A DNA stretch of 64,000 nt from Squalus acanthias (Eukaryota). A program made the translations under genes and the position numbers. The DNA lies in NCBI GenBank assembly GCA_030390025.1, contig JASTWF010000369.1, forward strand, positions 62,001 to 126,000. The letters run 5' to 3'. The notes under the pieces were generated by a model. That model ran no database searches, had not been told where the DNA came from, and saw nothing but the letters and a program-made list of their open reading frames with translations. Below are positions 48,529 through 62,309 of the stretch, in pieces; the stretch's first letter is position 1; the number at the start of each line of letters is the position of its first letter.

Positions 48529-49204
48529 GGCCCAGATATTCCGATCCCTACGGGTGGGTACCCGCTGCGTACCCACCCGTAGGTACATCGGAAATGCCGG
48601 TTTCAGGCATGCACAGCGCATGGGCTGAATACCGGCATTCCCGATCTGTCAAGAATGATCTTGACAGATCCTCCGGCTGCCCTAGAGAAGGGCCTCTGCG
48701 GGTGTACAGTTCCACTTTTTGGAGACCCTCCGCCCACAGGAAATCCTTGCAATTCTTACGCCTGGTAAAAGCACTTTAAAAATGAGGTAAGTTTATATTT
48801 AGCCCCGTAAAAAAATTTAATTACTTTTTTCAAAAAATTACATTTTTGTTTAAAATACTTCATTTATTGTAATTTCATGTCATTTTAAACATGTGATTTA
48901 AAAATATATATATTTAAAGATTTACTATGTTTTTGGGGTGATCTCCATTCATATATTTGACAGGTCTTCCTGTCAAGTGTATGAAGGGAGATTCCCTTCT
49001 TTGATTGGCTCCTCATGGCCCACGTGAGCCCAGGGACGCTGAGAACAACATGCACCTCTGGGATACGTGGGTCCTGCGCACTTGGAGTTTGGAGAGGCCC
49101 AGGAGCGGAAGCGTGTGCTTCCCGGTAGCCCTCAGGTAATGACGTAGATTTTTCCAGATCGCAGGCCTCCGCCCGCGGGAGGCCTGCGATCGGAAAAACG
49201 GGCC
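48529..49204. mobile_element. Related Harbinger-type MITE
   Basis: TIRs GGCCCAGATATTCCGATC / GATCGGAAAAACGGGCC; flanks AAT/ATT; same GC-palindrome, AT-core, GC layout. Confidence 0.8.
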
Positions 49205-49239
49205 ATTGTCTTTGATGGCCTGGCAACTATCCAATAATG

Positions 49240-49637
49240 GGACATAAGAACATAAGAAATAGGAGCAGGAATAGACCACTTGACTCCTCGAGCCTGCTCC
49301 ACCATTCAATAAGGTCATGGCTGATCTTGGGCTCAAAGCCACTTCCCTGCCCGCTCTCCATAACCTTTCAATCCCTTATCTTGCAAAAATCTGTCTATCA
49401 CCACCTTAAATGTCTTTAATGACCCAGCCTTTACGGCTCTCTGGGGCAGAGAATTCCACAGATTTACGACACTCTGAGAGTGGAAATTTTTCCTCATCTC
49501 AGTTCTGAAAGGGCAACGCGTTATTCTGAAACTATACCCCCGGGTTATAGATTTCCCCACGAATGGGAAACGTCCTATCTGCATCTACCTTGTTCTGTCC
49601 CCTCAGTATCTTATATGTTTCAATAAGATCACCTCTT
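49240..49637 (-). mobile_element. CR1 3' fragment with an (ATGTTCTT)n tail
   Basis: RGDLIETYKIL, VVNLWNSLPQ. Confidence 0.85.
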
Positions 49638-49639
49638 AA

Positions 49640-52600
49640 GACAGCGGCGAGGCTGCGGCGGTAAAAGGCGGCAGCGACCAGGTCGGCCCACAGAGGCGGC
49701 GGTCCTGGGTGGAGCGGCGACGGTAAAAGTCGGCAGCGACCAGGCAAGCTTACCAATCTGAGCCCCGAGAGCGGGAGAGAGAGAAGTAAAAAATAATCAA
49801 AGTGTGACGTCAACAGAAAGCAGGTAAGTGATTGGTTGGTGAGTATTTCTCTGTTTCTCCTTTTTTGCCATACTTAAATTCTGTCGTTTATAGTTTCTAG
49901 AGTCTCTGTGGTGTAGCGGTGACTGCTGTTAAGCAAGGGTCCTTGAGTATATCAATTAATTGAAGTGAAATTGATGGGATTCAATTCGTTTAATTTGAAT
50001 TAATTAATTAAAGGGTAAGTCATGGCAGGAGAGCTCTGCCCCGTGATATGCTCCTTCTGCTATATGTGGGAAATCAGGGACGCTTCCTGTGTCGCTGACG
50101 ACCATGTGTGTGGGAAATGTATCCAGCTGCAGCTACTGATGGACCGCATTGCGGTGCTGGAGCTGCGGATGGATGCATATTGGAGCATTCGCGACGCTGA
50201 GAACATCGTGGATAACACGTTTAGCGAGTTGGTCACACCGCAGGTAAAGGGTGTACAGGCAGGAAGTGAATGGCTGACCACCAGGCAGAGTAAGAGGTGC
50301 AGGCAGGTAGTGCAGGGGCTCCGCTGTGGCCACCTTCCTCTCAAACAGATATACCACTTTGGATGCTGTTGGGGGGGATGACTTATCAGGGGAAGGCGAC
50401 AGCAGCCAACTTCCTGGCACCATGGGTGGCTCATTTGCACAGGCTTGAGTAAAAAGTGTGGAAGAGCTATAGTGATAGGGGATTCAATTGTAAGGGGTAT
50501 TGATAGGCGTTTCTGCGGCCGCAAACGAGACTCTGGGATGGTGTGTTGCCTCCCTGGTGCAAAGTTCAAGGACGTCTCGGAGCGGCTACAGAACATTTTG
50601 GAGGGGGAGGGCGAACAGCCAGTTGTCGTGGTGCACATAGGCATCAACGATATAGGTAAAAAACGGGATGAGGTCCTAAAAGCAGAATATAGGGAGTTAG
50701 GACGTAAATTTAAAAAATAGGACCACAAATGTAGTAATCTCAGGATTGCTACCAGTGCCACGTGCTAGTCAGAGTAGAAATAGGAGGATATTTCAAATGA
50801 ATATGTGGCTAGACGAATGGTGCAAGGGGGAGGGATTCAAATTCCTTGGACATTGGAACCGGTTCTGGGGGAGGTGGGACCAGTACAAACGGGACGGTCT
50901 GCACCTGGGCAGTGCCGGGACAGATGTCCTAGGGGGAGTGTTTGCTAGTGCTGTTGGGGAGGGATTAAACTAAAGTGGCAGGGGTTTGAGAACCTGAGCA
51001 GGGAGACAGAGGAAAGGGAAACAAGGATAAAAGCTAAAGACAGGAAGGGGAAAAACAAAAGTAGAAGGCAAAGAACTCAACGGTTTAAATCAAACATGGT
51101 CACAGTAAATAATAATTCATATAGGTCTGAGAGCGTTAAAAAAACAAGCCTGAAGGCTTTGTGTCTTAATGCAAGGAACATTCGGAACAAGGTGGATGAA
51201 TTAGCTGCGCAAATAGAGGTAAATGAATGCGATTTGTTTGGGATTACAGAAACATGGCTCCAGGGTGGCCAAGGCTGTGCACTCAACATCCAGGGTTAGT
51301 CAATATTTAGGAAAGATAGGCAAAAAAGAAAGGGAGGTGGAGTAGCATTGCTGGTTAAAGAGGGGATTAACACAATTGAAAGGAAGGATATTAGCTCTGA
51401 TGATTCGGAATCTGTATGGGTAGAACTGAGAAATAACAAGGGGCAGAAAACGTTAGTGGGAGTGGTATATAGACCTCCAAACAGTAATACGGAGGTTGGG
51501 GACGGCAGTAAAAGGGATTTAGAGAAGCATGCAGTAAGGGCACAGCAGTCATCATGGGTGACTAATTTACATATAGATTGGGCTAACCAAATTAGTAAAA
51601 ATACTGAGGAGGAGGAATTCCTACAATGTTTACGGGATGGTTTTCTGGAACAAAATGTCAAGGAACCAACCAGAGATCAGGCCATCTTAGACTGGGTATT
51701 ATGTAACGAGAAAGGATTAATTAACATTCTTGTTGTACGAGGCCTCTTGTGTCAGAGTGATCATAATATGATACAATTCTTCATTAGGATGGAGAGTGAA
51801 ATAGTTGAATCAGAGACTTGGGTCCTGAATGTAAATAAAGGAAACTACGATGGTATGAGGCGCGAATTGGGTAGGATTGATTGGGAAATGTCACTCAAGG
51901 GGTTGACGGTGGATAGGCAATGGCAAACATTCAAAGACGGAATGGAAGAACTATAGAATTTGTTCATCCCAGTGTGGCATAAGAATAAAACAAAAAGGGT
52001 GAATCAACCGTGGCTAACAAGGGAAATTAGGGATAGCATAAGATTCAAGGAGAGGGCATATAAATTGGCCAGAAAAAGCAGTAACCCTGAGGATTGGGAG
52101 CGTTTTAGGATTGAACAAAGGAGGACAAAGGGATTAATTAAGAAGGGGAAAATAGAATATGAAACTAAGCTTGCTGGGAACATAAAAACTGACTGTAATA
52201 GCTTTTATAGATATGTGAAGAGAAAAAGATTAGTGAAATCAAGTGTAGGTCCCTTGCAGTCAGAAGCGGGGGAAGTAATAATGGGGAAAAAAGAAATGGC
52301 AGACAATTAAATGCATATTTTGGTTCTGTCTTCACAAAGGAGGACACAAATAACCTCATTGAGAGGTTGGAGAACATACGGTCTGATGAAAGGGTTAAAC
52401 TGAAAGAAATCTGTATTTGCAGGGAAATGGTATTAGGGAAATTGACAGGATTGAAGGCCGATAAATCCCCAGGGCCTGATAATCTACATCCTAGGGTACT
52501 TAAGGAAGTGGCCCTAGAAATAGTAGATGCATTGCTGATCATCTTCCAACATTGGCTGGAATCTGGAACTGTACCCATGGATTGGAGGGTAGCTAATGTT

Positions 52601-54047
52601 ACCCCACTATTCAAAAAGGGTGGTAGAGAGAAAGCGGGGAATTACAGACCGGTAAACCTGACATCAGTAGTGGGGAAAATTCTAGAGTCCATTATAAAGA
52701 ATGTAATAGCTGAGCGCTTGAAAAACAGTGACAGGATCGGACAAAGTTAACATGGATTTACACAAGGTAAATCGTGCTTGACTAATCTACTGGAATTTTA
52801 TGAGGATGTTACTGGGAAAATAGATAAGGGAGAAGCAGTAGATGCCGTGTATTTGGACTTTCAAAAGGCTTTCGATAAGGTCCCGCATAAGAGATTAGCG
52901 TGTAAAGTTAAGGCACATGGGATTGGGGGGAAAGGTATTGACTTGGATGGAGAACTGGTTGGCGGACAGAATGCAGAGAGCAGGAATTAATGGGTCTTTT
53001 TCCGAGTGGCAAGCAGTGACTAGTGGGGTACCGCAGGGATCGGTCCTTCGACCCCAGCTATTCACAATATACATTAATGATCTAGATAAGTGAACTAAAT
53101 GTAATATCTCCAAGTTTGCAGATGACACAACGCTGGGTGGGAGTGTGTGCTGCGAGGAGGATACCGAGAAACTCCAGAATGATTTGGACAGGTTGGGTGA
53201 GTGGGCAGAATCGTGGCAGATGCAATATAACGTGGATAAATGCGAGGTTATCCACTTTGGTGTCAAAAACAGAAAGGCAGACTATTATCGGTATGGCAAT
53301 AGATTGGGAGAAGGGGAAGTGCAACGAGACCTGGGTGTCCTTGTGCACCAGTCGCTGAAAGTAAGCATGCAGGTGCAGCAGGCGGTGAAGAAGGCAAATG
53401 GTATGTTGGCCTTCATTGCGAAAGGGTTTGAGTATAGGAACAGGGATGTCCTGCTGCAGTTGTACAGGGCCTTGGTGAGACCACGCCTTGAGTACTGTGT
53501 GCAGTTTTGGTCGTCTTATCTGTGGAATGATGTCCTTGCCATGGAAGGAGTTCAGCGAAGATTCACAAGGCTGATACCAGGGATGGCAGGAATGACATGT
53601 GAGGAGAGATTGGGTCGATTGGGCTTATACTCGCTGTAGTATAGAAGAATGAGAGGGGATCTCATCGAAACATATAACATTCTGACAGGTCTGGACAAAC
53701 TAGATGCAGGAAGAATGTTCCCGATGGTCGGTGAGTCCAGAACCAATGGTCATAATCTAAGGATAAGGGGTAAGCCATTTAGGACAGAAATGAGGAAGAA
53801 TTTCTTCACCCAGAGAGTGGTGAACCTGTGGAATTCTCTACCACAGAATGTAGTTGAGGCCTAGTCGTTAAATATATTCAGGAATGAGTTAGATATATTT
53901 CTTAAATCTAAATGTATCAAAGGATATGGGGAGAAGGCAGGTACAGGGTACTGAGTTTGGATGATCAGCCATGATCTCATCGAATGGCGGAGCAGGCTCG
54001 AGGGGCCAATCTGCCTACTCCTGCTTCTATCTTCTATGTTTCTATGT
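49640..54047 (+). mobile_element. Full-length but inactivated CR1 LINE: 5' UTR, ORF1 (50022-50973; zinc finger/leucine zipper + SGNH esterase), ORF2 (APE + RT), tail
   Basis: CSFC...CGKC followed by a Leu heptad; IGDSIVRGID...HIGIND...DGLHL; LCLNARNIRNK, ITETWL, GVPQGS, KFADDT; tail TTCTATGTTTCTATGTT. Several stops and frameshifts. Confidence 0.93.
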
Positions 54048-54049
54048 TT

Positions 54050-54815
54050 GTAAGTTTCTTCTACCGTGAAGACAGATATAAAATATTTGTTCTTAGTCTC
54101 TGCCATTAACCCGTTCCCCATTATTAATTCCACAGTCTCATCCGCTAAGGGACCAACGTTTACTTTAGCTACTCTCTTCCTTGTTATATACCTGTAGAAG
54201 CTCTTACTATCTGTTTAAATATGTCTTGCCAGTTTACTCACATAATTCATCTTCTCTCCCTTTTTTATTTTTTTAGTCATCCTTTGCTTGTTTTCAAAAA
54301 TTTCCCAATCCTCTGGCCTCTCACCAATGTTGGCAACATTGTATGCCTTCATTTTCAATTTGATACCATTCTTTACTTCTTTAGTTAGCCACGGATGGTA
54401 CTCCCTTCTCTTTAAACCTTTCTTTCTCACTGGAATATATTCTTGCTGAGAGTTATGAAATATCTCCTTAAATGTCCGCCACTGCATTTCAACTGTCTTA
54501 TAATTTAATTTGTTTTTCCAGTCCAGTTCTGTACTTTTGCCACTGAAATTGCCTTTGTTTAATATCAGGACACTGGTTTGAGATACAACTTTCTCACCCT
54601 CCAACTGAATTTAAAATTCAAGCATGCTATGATCACTCTTTCCTAGATGATCCTTTACTATGAGATCATTTATTAATGCTGTCACATTACAATGTACCAG
54701 AGCCAAGATAGCCTGCTGCCTGGTTGGTTTCATTACATACTGTTCTAGGAAACCCTCCCGGATAGACTCTAGGAACTCCTCCTCACGGTTACCATGGCCA
54801 ATTTAATTTGTCCAA
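54050..54815 (-). mobile_element. CR1 ORF2 fragment
   Basis: PWLTKEVKNGIKLK region, homologous to the other CR1 copies. Confidence 0.8.
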
Positions 54816-55952
54816 TCAATATGGGACCATGCACGGGTGCTGAGAAAGAACTCCGATCTTTTGATTAGATAATTTAAAATGGCTTGTATAAGATGTCAAG
54901 TGTGATATGATATTGGGATACCAGTGTGTGTGCAAATTTGATATATTGTGCAAGAGGTAATTATCATGTGCTAATGCATGGTAAAGATGCACTGAAGAAC
55001 GGGTCTCAGACATGCTCAGTTAATTGATAACAGTGAGACATGAAATGGTTAATGTGGTCCAGGAATGTGATAATTTCTTTTTGAAGGCACTGACATAAGC
55101 TTCATAGCGAAACTAACTTAAAATGAAGCAATATAGCGTTAGCCGCACTGGTCCCTATCAGAGGGATGGGAATTAAAGTAAAGAGGGACATAGAATTTAA
55201 ATTTCTAAAATACCGTGTTGAATTAGTTTGAGTTGACAATGAAATTGAGTTGACTGCAACATAGTGGGAAATAATACTTAGCAAGAATTTCTACGAGATG
55301 GATACTGTAAAAAGGGGAGCGGGATATTTTTTTAAGTACCTGATTTCTTGATATTACGATACACTGTAGGGTTCTGTACAATGTATTACGATTATTTTTG
55401 TCTGTATCATGATGTGTAATTTTAACCAAATGAAAATTGCGTTGGACGAGCAAATTGATCGAGATAGATATGTAATGCTAATAATATTTAAACTTTAAAT
55501 ATGCCCACGAGGGATCGCCAGGAGTTGTTGGGGATTAAGGTTGTGTCGTAAAGTTAACAATTATCTTGGTTTACTTCTGCAGTTTAAAAACCATAACATG
55601 AAATGAGCGATGGTGTATATGAAACGATGATGTTTTAGCGTTGAAAATGGGACATATACCTTTGAAAATCATGAATCGTGAGTGATAGTTTAAAACAAAG
55701 TTCAGCACAGTGAACTAGAATTATAATGTATAGGGAGTCAAGCTCAATATATGAACATGCATCATTAGAAATAATAAGTGGTGGATGAGTTGGACATCCC
55801 AGAGAGCTGTATGTTGGACATCGTGGGGAGTAAAGGGTTAATAGTCGAGCCTCTTTGTAACTTGGAACAGCAGTTCATCCAAGATATAAAGGATGGCTTT
55901 GAAGTATCCTTTGAGGAATAAATAGTTTGTCTTCTGATACGTAAAGTGCTTG

Positions 55953-56467
55953 TGTAAGGAAATAACTGACAGTAATGACGTCAGCCATGAGTGATTACAT
56001 CTAACTTTAGGGGCTGGGGCAACAAACATAGGCAGAGGTATCCATTAGCTTTAGTACAGAAGAATAACTGTTAATAAAGCCTGTGCTCCTGCGAGACTAA
56101 GAACAGTTACATCAGGAAGTCTTGTTTGAGGGAAATAGCTTTTGAATAAGCAACTACAACTGTTAAAATGAACAGAATGTCTTTAAAGGATTTGGGAATA
56201 GAAACATCATGATGTCTTATCTGTAATATGCACATGTGACGTAGATAAATATGGTGTATAAAGGAGCACGGTTTTCAATAGTTCTTCGGAGAGCTCGAAA
56301 GATGCAGAAACCGAAAAGCTGCTCTCTTTGTCTGCAGTTAGGCCAATCACTGTGCTGTATATCAATAACGTATCTTCCGTCTACTCCACCTTCAACTGTC
56401 TCTTGTTAATTCAAAACGTGTTGTTGTGAACCACAGAAGGACGGAAGTTGAATGCAAAAATTTACCA
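55953..56467 (+). mobile_element. Possible solo LTR of another family
   Basis: Begins TGTAAGG and ends TTTACCA; internal TATAAA and a CCAATCACTG motif shared with the env-family LTR. No TSD found. Confidence 0.3.
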
Positions 56468-56999
56468 CTAAAATGATTTGTTGCAATTGATTAGTGAGAT
56501 TGGTCCAATGTCAGGGAGAAATAACATGGTCTTCTGACATAGTGCTGGTGCTAAAGGATCACACGTGGAAATGTGATTTAGATCAAACTGTTGTTATGGG
56601 GCTCACTACAACGTTAGGACTGTTAATGCTTAGGGTATGGAAATTATGCAGGTGAAGTTGTTCCTAATCAGCTGTTGTCACCTCTGTGCATGACGAGGCT
56701 CCCAGGTTTGTTCACCAAGCTCCTTACAACGAGCACAGAGGGAACTACTGGTAGTTTGGTAAGTGTGGGAGTTTTAAGTGTTAATCTCTTTTAAAATCAA
56801 GTGTTAAATGCTAGTAGCTCTTAAGTAAGATCAACTGTTTAAGTTAAAATTTAACTTTACTTTTTTTAAGTTTCTTCAGGCTTATGCAGAGGCAAACAAG
56901 CAAGTTGTCCTTTTGGAGAGCTGCTGTAGTCAGTTAAATAGCTAACAGGATTAAACTGGTTCCTGAAACAGTAGCAGAGCAGTGCTGACTCATTTGAGT

Positions 57000-59928
57000 C
57001 AGAAACAGTATAAACACAGGGGCATGTGAGTGCAGCCAGCACTGAGTGCAGCGAGCACAGTGTGAATTACTTTAAGTTTGGTAAGTGTGGGAGTTCGGTG
57101 AAATTGAGGAAGGAGGTACGTGCTTTTGCTAACTTCTCCCGCAGAGCGGCGGCGGAACTCAGAGGGAGCAGACCGAGGCACGAGAGCAGGGATAAAAGCA
57201 GCAACAGACTTGCACCAAAAAGAGAATACGGCAGTTTGATGTCACAGGTAAGGCAGGTAAGTGATTGGTAGTGACAATGGGCTACGTTTTAAGTTAATAT
57301 ATTACAGATAACTAAATTTTAAAAACTAAACTTAATTGAATTAATTTAATAAACTAAACGAGGTAAATAATTTGATTAAATCTAAACTAACTAATAAAAT
57401 AAATAAAATAATGGGAGAACAGGAGATGTGTTGCTGATGGAACATGTGGGAGCTGTGGACATTTTTGTCCTGGGTGAATACATCTGCGGTAAGTGTCTGC
57501 GGCTCCAGGAACTTCGGCTCCGCGGTAAATAAGACAAATCTAAAGGCTCTCTATCTCAATTCACGAAGCATTTGTAATAAGGTAGACGAATTAACGGGGC
57601 AAATAGATGTAAACGGATGTGATATAATTGCGGTTACGGAGGCATGGCCGCAGGGTGACCAAGGCTGGGAGCTGAAATATTCGATATTTAGGAAGGACAG
57701 TTAAAAAGGAAAAGAAGGCCGAGGTGGTGTTGTTAGTAAAGGATGAAGTCAGAGCAATATTGAGAAGGGATATTGGCTCAGAAAATCAAGATGAAGAATC
57801 AGTCTGACTGGAGCTAAGAAGCACCAAGTTGCAGAAAACATCGATGGGAGTTGTCTATATTCCTCCAAATAGTAGTGGTAATATAGGGATGGCATCAAAC
57901 AGGAAATTAGAGATGCATGTAACAAGGGTACTACAGTAATCATGGTTGACTTTAATCTACATAGAGACTGGCCTAACCAAATTAGCAATAATACTGTGGA
58001 GGATGAATTCCTGGAGTTTGTACGAGACGTTTTTTGGACCAGTACTTTGAGGAGCCAACTAGGGAACAGGCGATCCTAGATTGGGAATTGTGCAATGAAA
58101 AGGGGTTATTTAATAATGTTGTTGTGCGGGGTCCTTTAGGGAAGAGTGACCATAACATGATAGAATTCTTCATAAAGATGGAAAGTGAAGAATTCCAAAC
58201 TGAAACTAGGTCCTAAATCTAAACAAAGGAAACTATGAAGGTATGAGGAGTAAGTTGGCTATAATAGATTGTGGAGCTTCATTAAAAGGCATGACGGTGG
58301 ATAGGCAATAGCTAACATTTAAGGACCGAATGCATGAATTGCAACAGCCATACATTAATTTCTGGCGCAAAAACACAAAAGGAAAAGAGGCCCAACCATG
58401 GCTAACAAAATAAATTAAGGATAGTATTAGATCCTAAGAGGATCCATATAAAGTTGCCAGAAAAAGTAGCTAGCCGGAGGATTGGAAGCAGTTTAGAGTT
58501 CAGCAAAAAGTGACCAAGAGATTGATTGAGAGGGGAAAAATAGAGTATGAGAGTAAACAAGCAAGGAACATAAAAGCGGACTGTAAAAGATTCTAAAGGT
58601 ATGTAAAAAGAAAAAGATTAGTGAAGACAAATGTAGGTCACTTACAGTCAGAAACGGGAGAATTTATAATGGGGAACAAGGAAATAGCAGTGCAATTAAA
58701 CAAATATTTTGGTTATGTCTGCACAGAAGAGGACCCAAATAACTTTCCAGAAATGCAAGGGAACCAAGGGTCTAGTGAGAAGGAGGAATTAAAGGAAATT
58801 AGTATTAGTAAATAAATAGTGCTGGAGAAATTAATGGGACTGAACGCCGATAAATCCCATGGGCCTGATAATCTGCATCCCAGAGTAATAAAAGAGGTAG
58901 CCATGGACATAGTGGATGCATTGGTTATCATCTTCCAAAATTCTATAGATTATGGAACAGTTCCTGCAGATTGCAGGGTGGCAAATGTAACCACGCTATT
59001 TAAAAAAGGTGGGAGAGAGAAAACAGGGAACTACAGACTGGTTAGCCTAACATCAGCAGTAGGCAACGTGCTAAAGTCTATTATAAAGGATGTGATAACA
59101 GGACACTTACAAAATATCAACGGGATTAGACAAAGTCAACATGGATTTATGAAAGGGAAATCGTGTTTGACAAACCTACTGGAGTTTTTTGAGGATGAAA
59201 CTGTTAGAATAGATAAGGGAGAACCAGTGGATGTGGTGTATTTTGAGTTTCAGAAGGCCTTTTATAAAGCCCCACATAAGAGGTTAGTGTGCAAAATTAA
59301 AGCACATGGGATTGCGGGAAATAAACTGCCATGGATTGAAAAATGGTTAACAGACAGGAAACCACGAGTAGGAATAAATGGGTCTTTCTCGAGGTGGCAG
59401 GCGGTGACTAGTGGGGTTCCGCAGGGATCAGTGCTTTGGCCCCAGCTATTCACAATATACATCAATGATTTGGATAAGGGAACCAAATGTAATATTTCCA
59501 AGTTTCCTGACGACACAAAACTAGGTGGGATTGTGAGTTATGAGGAGGATGCGAAGATGCTTCAAGGCAATTTAGAGAAGTTGAGTGAGTGGGCAAATAC
59601 ATGGCAGATGCAGTATAACGTGGATACATGTGAAATTATCTACTTCGTTAGGAAAAACAGAAAGGCAGTGTATTATTTAAGTGGTGATAGATTGGGAAAT
59701 GTTAATGTACAGAAGGACTTGGTTGTCCTTGTACACCAGTCACTGAAAGCAAACACGCAGGTGCAGCAAGCAGTTACTAAGGCAAATGGTATGCTGGCCT
59801 TCATTGCAAGAGGATTTGAGTACCAGGAGCAAGTATGTTTTATTGCAGTTATACAGAGCCTTGGTGAGACCACACCTGGAGTACTGAGTGCAGTTTTGAT
59901 CTCCTTAACTAAGAAAGGATATACTTGC
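57000..59928 (+). mobile_element. CR1: 5' UTR and ORF1 start joined at ~57525 to a degenerate ORF2 (370-aa RT ORF at 58819-59931)
   Basis: MWEL...YICGKC, then [48 protein letters not shown]. Cut off by an LTR at 59929. Confidence 0.85.
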
Positions 59929-60640
59929 TGACATAAGAAAACTATTAGGCACTCGGTCTAACCGTTAAACAAAGCTTTAATGAACTGTTTTCCAACATGG
60001 AGGTCTGGTTGTGGTCCTCACTAGTTCCTGTTGAAGAATGTCCCTGAGGAAGCTGGGCCCATGCCCAAGTATTTATACTCTCCTTGGACAGCGCCACTAG
60101 CAGGCTGCCCAGTATTACTTCATAAGTCATGAATAACAAGATTCATGTCATTCATCCCGCCTGAAAGATTGGAAGTCCGGCGGCTTCCTTCTACCGAATT
60201 AGCCGGACTAGGAATATACACAGTCGCTTGGATCTCCGTTTTAGTCCGGAAGGCACGTCTGCTCGGACAGTGTTTTCGTCCCTGGGTCGCTTGGTTCGTA
60301 CCGGCGGGCTGGCGGAGTCCGTGTCGCCTTGATCGTCCTGAGGGGGACTGAGGAGATCGTGACTGCGGGTGCTGGTTCCCACCGGCGCAGAGCTGGCTTC
60401 ATCCTGCTCAGTAGCCGGTGATTGACCAGCGTCCTGGCTCCGGGTGGCCATCCCGCGGGGAGCGCTCTGTTCCCCGGGTTGATCCAGCGGAGTAGCTGGC
60501 AGATCACTTGATGTCCCGGAGAGGGCGTCATCATCAGAGGAGCGTGGAGTATCGCCGTTATTAATACAGATCTCTCTATCGATTGGGTCCGTGGGACCGG
60601 TTGGGCAGGGAGCCAGATCCCAAAGTGAAACTGTGAACCC
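59929..60640 (-). mobile_element. LTR retrotransposon 3' remnant: 222-bp LTR (59929-60150), PPT and pol tail
   Basis: LTR bounded by TGACAT...ATGTCA, with TATAAATA and ATTAAA on the minus strand. PPT-like AGGCGGGATGAA abuts it. Upstream Pro/Ser-rich ...RRSKR... frame resembles Gypsy-type integrase tails. Confidence 0.7.
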
Positions 60641-61520
60641 CTGGCCATCTTTAGTTGCTTCGTCAATGACTTTCCCTCCATCATAAGGTCATACGTGGGG
60701 TTGATCGCTGCTGACTGCACAGTGTACAATTCCATTGCCATTCCTTAGTTAAGGATGCAGTCCGCTTGTGCATGCAGCAAGACCCAGAATACATCCAGAC
60801 TTGGGATGATATGTGGCAAGTAACATTCGCGCTGCACAATGCCAGACAATGATCATCTCCAACAAGTGAGAGAAAACTACCTCCCCTTGACATTCAACGG
60901 CCTAACCATCGCCGACACCCCCACCATCAACATCCTGTGGGTCACAATTGACCAAAAGCGTAACTGGACCAGTCACATAAATACCTTGGCTATAAGAGCA
61001 GTTCAGGGAGTGGGTATTGAACGGCGAGTGACACACCGCCTGACTCGCCAGAGACTTTCCAACACCTACAAGGCTCAATTCAGGATTCTGAGGGAACAAT
61101 CTCCACATTGGCTGGATGAGTGCAGTTCTACCACTCACGAAGCTCGACACCATCCAGAACAGAATAGTTTGCTTGATCGGCACACCATTTACCACCTTAA
61201 ACATTCACTACCTCCACCAAAGGCGCAAAGATGCTGCAATGTGTACCATCTGTAGGCTACTCTGCAGAAACTCGCAAAACCATCTTCGGCAGCATCTCCC
61301 AAATGCATGAGCTCTACCATCTAGAAGGAACTGTGCAACCGGCGCAATCGATCATCACCTTTTCCAAGTTCACCTTTCGGTCACATAGTTTCCTGATTTG
61401 GAAAAAGATCGTTCTTCCTTCATCGTCGCTGGTTCAAAATCCTGGAACTCCCTCCCCAGTAGCAGAGTGCGAGTACCTTCACCACAACAATTGCATCCGT
61501 CCAAGATGGCGGATCACCAC
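60640..61520 (+). mobile_element. Degenerate non-LTR retrotransposon, same family as 23200-24470
   Basis: PLTFNGLTIADTPTINIL...NWTSHIN. Confidence 0.8.
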
Positions 61521-62270
61521 TGTAAGAATGAACAATTTGCCGTAAATTTTGCTGTAACGTGACCCAAACTTAAAAGTTGACCACATCTTATGTACCATCA
61601 TGCTTCACGAGGCCGATGGATTAGTTGCTGACAGAACTTTTGTAAAAATAAAAGATGCTACAGTTGTAAGCTGTGAAGGCTTCCAGCTGGCTTTCAACAG
61701 ATAAGGAAAACAGACCTTGGAAGTTCTGTGGGAAAAGACTATTGAGCTGTGGAATCACTGCAAAAGCAGAAATATCTTCCGACTATGGGATGTAACCAGC
61801 CTTGAAGCCCATGGATTCTTAAAGGACTATTGATAAGTTTGACTTGAAAACAACTAATGACCATAATCCATATTGTTAGGGACACGCAGGCAGTGGGAGA
61901 GTTGCTAGGTTTAAGGTATAAAAGATGCTGTAAAAAGACACTCGGTGCTGCAGCCGGGCAACCTGGTCAGTTTTCAGAAAGCATACGGCTGGTCAACGCC
62001 GAATTGACCAATCACTGGTGTTAGTACATATGAGATGTTTTGCTTATTTTCGCCTGAGCTTAAAGTAAAGGGATATGTCTGTGTATGCCAAAGTATAATT
62101 GGGAATTATTATATACAACATAACTGTCAGCTGCTTACTTGTAATATTTTGCTAATTTTTAAGTAAAAGAAGTTTTTCACAGATTCATTGGGTTTTGTGT
62201 TGCCTGCTCGATGTGTCTGAACTTTGGAAACTGTTGGACGGGGCGAGGGGCGATTTCCGCACGTCTTACA
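61521..62270 (+). mobile_element. 5' LTR (750 bp) of the env-bearing family
   Basis: Perfect terminal inverted hexamers TGTAAG...CTTACA; TATAAAA near 61917; homologous to 14816-16617. Confidence 0.92.
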
Positions 62271-62275
62271 GAATT

Positions 62276-62293
62276 TGCCGCCCGAACAGGGAC
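62276..62293 (+). promoter_or_regulatory. Primer-binding site for tRNA-Lys(UUU) (Lys3)
   Basis: TGCCGCCCGAACAGGGAC is a 17/18 match to the canonical Lys3 PBS TGGCGCCCGAACAGGGAC, 5 nt after the LTR. Confidence 0.9.
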
Positions 62294-62309
62294 CCATTTG
62301 GAGCAGGCA

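Noticed and set aside
49240..49640. 5'-inverted segment of the full-length CR1
   Set aside because: It has a different tail repeat (ATGTTCTT vs ATGTTTCT) and different sequence, so it is an independent adjacent CR1.
14816..62270. The two LTRs as ends of a single provirus
   Set aside because: The order is wrong (env before the first LTR, gag after the second), the LTRs are visibly diverged, and host genes lie between them. They are separate insertions.
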